Of a stretch of 64,000 bases of DNA, positions 62,350 through 64,000 are shown in pieces. The notes under the pieces are model-generated. The model was not told the origin of the DNA, made no database searches, and worked only from the letters and a program-made list of their open reading frames with translations. The first letter of the stretch is position 1, and every line of letters begins with the position of its first letter. Origin of the DNA: Psammoneis japonica (Eukaryota); assembly GCA_008632985.1 (NCBI GenBank), contig QPGO01000045.1, positions 310,001 to 374,000 of the forward strand. The letters are read 5' to 3'. Both the position numbers and the translations under genes were made by a program.

Positions 62350-63855
62350 CCGGTACAATTGGCAGTAGACTAACTCGATCGTCACCGTGGATTGTCGTCT
62401 TCTTCTTGGGTACTTCACATGCTTAGTGTCTCTTCTGATCGCCCTTGTGCGGAGGGAATAAAGTCTCGGGTACAGTTCGATTGACGGGAGCAAGCTCGGA
62501 CGTGGTGCTGACAAAGTTTGCGTTAGGGCCCTACAGTAGGACCTTTTGCGAGGGGCAAATTACAAGTTGACCTTTGGTCCAAAGAAATATATGAGGATGA
62601 ATCTCCGCTGAAGGCACACTTGTTTATAGACATTAATTGGAAACGACAAGAAATGGAGAGCTCGTGTCAACGGACCCATGTGGCAACAACGGGAAGAGCG
62701 GGAGCACTATTGGTATGTTGTGATTGATGACTGTTCATTGGAGCAGCGGTTCCATGACAATGCAATACCTGTATGGAATTATGACGTGGATATATGAAGA
62801 CGCTTCAGACGATTACACTAGTGATTTCATTGCTACTGACAGGGTTGTTGGGAATGCGTGTTAGTATTTGGTATTGTGCTGACTGAAAGCTCCACGGTTC
62901 ACGTTGCCTTGTTCACCGTAATGGCGGCGACCGGCTGTGACGCTGTCGCGTCCCTTTGTGAATTGGTTCACTTGAACATTTACGAAAGCAACGGATATGG
63001 CTCTTACACCAAAGACGGCATGTCTTTTCTTCATCTTGAGGCGGTGTGTGATTCACTCGTTGCGCTTCTGATATTGTCGATTGCGGCTGGGTGTACCTTG
63101 CCCTCGGATGCGGTAAACTTATCGTCGACAGCGTTCGGTGGTAAACTTCAGTCATTGCTTCAAGGCTTGCGTTCACCAGTGGGACCATTGGTAAATCACA
63201 ATGCGGTAGGATTGCTAGCACTGTCGATTATTATTGTTCATGTGGCTCTAGCGCAATGGGGACGAACATACAATGACGACTTTGATTCCCATCACGCGTT
63301 GGAACATCGACCAGGACGGCTTCTCATGATTTTCCGTACATTGTTGGGAGTTCTCCTTGTTGTATCTTGCGTTCAGACAGCAAAAATCATGCCCTAACGT
63401 TGGACTGGAACGTTTCTACGGTAAACTTGACGCTTTGGTTTCAAAGTTTGCCACTGATTACTTGGTTCTGCGGATGGGCCCTTCCATATTATCAACGCCA
63501 TCCAGCCGTACCGTGGGGTACCGCACTGTTTCAAACTTCATCGCTGGTTGCTCTTGCGTGGTTGGTTACTGCGCATGCAAACTCGAGCTCGTACCATAAA
63601 CTCAGTCGACTTGGTCAGGAACGAGAAGGAAATTTGACGGATCATGTAATTTTTGAAGCCAACGCGGCGGAGGAGACCAAAGAAGAGGCCCAACCGATGC
63701 GGATAGAGAGGAGTTTGTGGATTCGTCACTTTATTGGAATGCATTCCTATGCAGCAAATCGGTCAGATGGCGAACAAGAAGCAACGCGTTTTCCACAAGA
63801 GAATTCCGAAGTTCAATTTGCAGGCGAAGACCTTTCGAGAAGCTCATGTGTCTAA
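62350..63855 (+). pseudogene. GPR180/TMEM145-like 7TM protein, frameshifted
   Basis: EHYWYVVIDDCSLE (about 62703), then LCELVHLNIYESNGYG, LLILSIAAGCTLP and QWGRTYNDDFDSHH. The hydrophobic segments are split across frames (62858-63397, 63367-63855). Confidence 0.65.
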
Positions 63856-64000
63856 TGGCGCTTCTTTGCAAATGCCTTGCTGTGAGCCACGACATTTGCC
63901 CTTGAGACTGTCTCCGCAAACCAGAGTCTCGTTTGTTTACGAAATGGCACGTGTGGCCTTTTGCTTAGATGCGTATCCCACGCTTATATCCCTCTTTGGA

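Overview
Eukaryotic nuclear DNA with short GT-AG introns; the gene content looks diatom/stramenopile-like. The window alternates between normal-composition blocks and four sharply bounded blocks almost devoid of TpA (about 1-3460, 7035-23575, 47270-52240, 59140-62345). The depleted blocks are mosaics of decayed gene fragments (two glycerol kinase copies, a class C GPCR, a Myb/SANT piece, an ATRX-like piece, a mitochondrial carrier, coatomer beta) and small TIR elements. In them Tyr codons have become Cys or His. The centre (24572-45989) is four near-identical tandem units. Each carries a UDP-sugar transporter fragment, an ATRX-like SNF2 fragment and the 5' part of a protein kinase gene, which is complete only after the last unit. 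A 581-bp segment inside the units is itself tandemly amplified (1, 5, 4 and 4 copies). Only the interior of these 581-bp arrays has acquired dense, independent TpA->CpA/TpG (A:T->G:C) changes. This appears to capture an active repeat-targeted adenine hypermutation process, opposite in direction to fungal RIP, and it would also explain the TpA deserts. A SulP/SLC26-like ORF and a frameshifted GPR180/TMEM145-like gene lie in the right-hand normal blocks. All family assignments are by eye from motifs; no searches were run.
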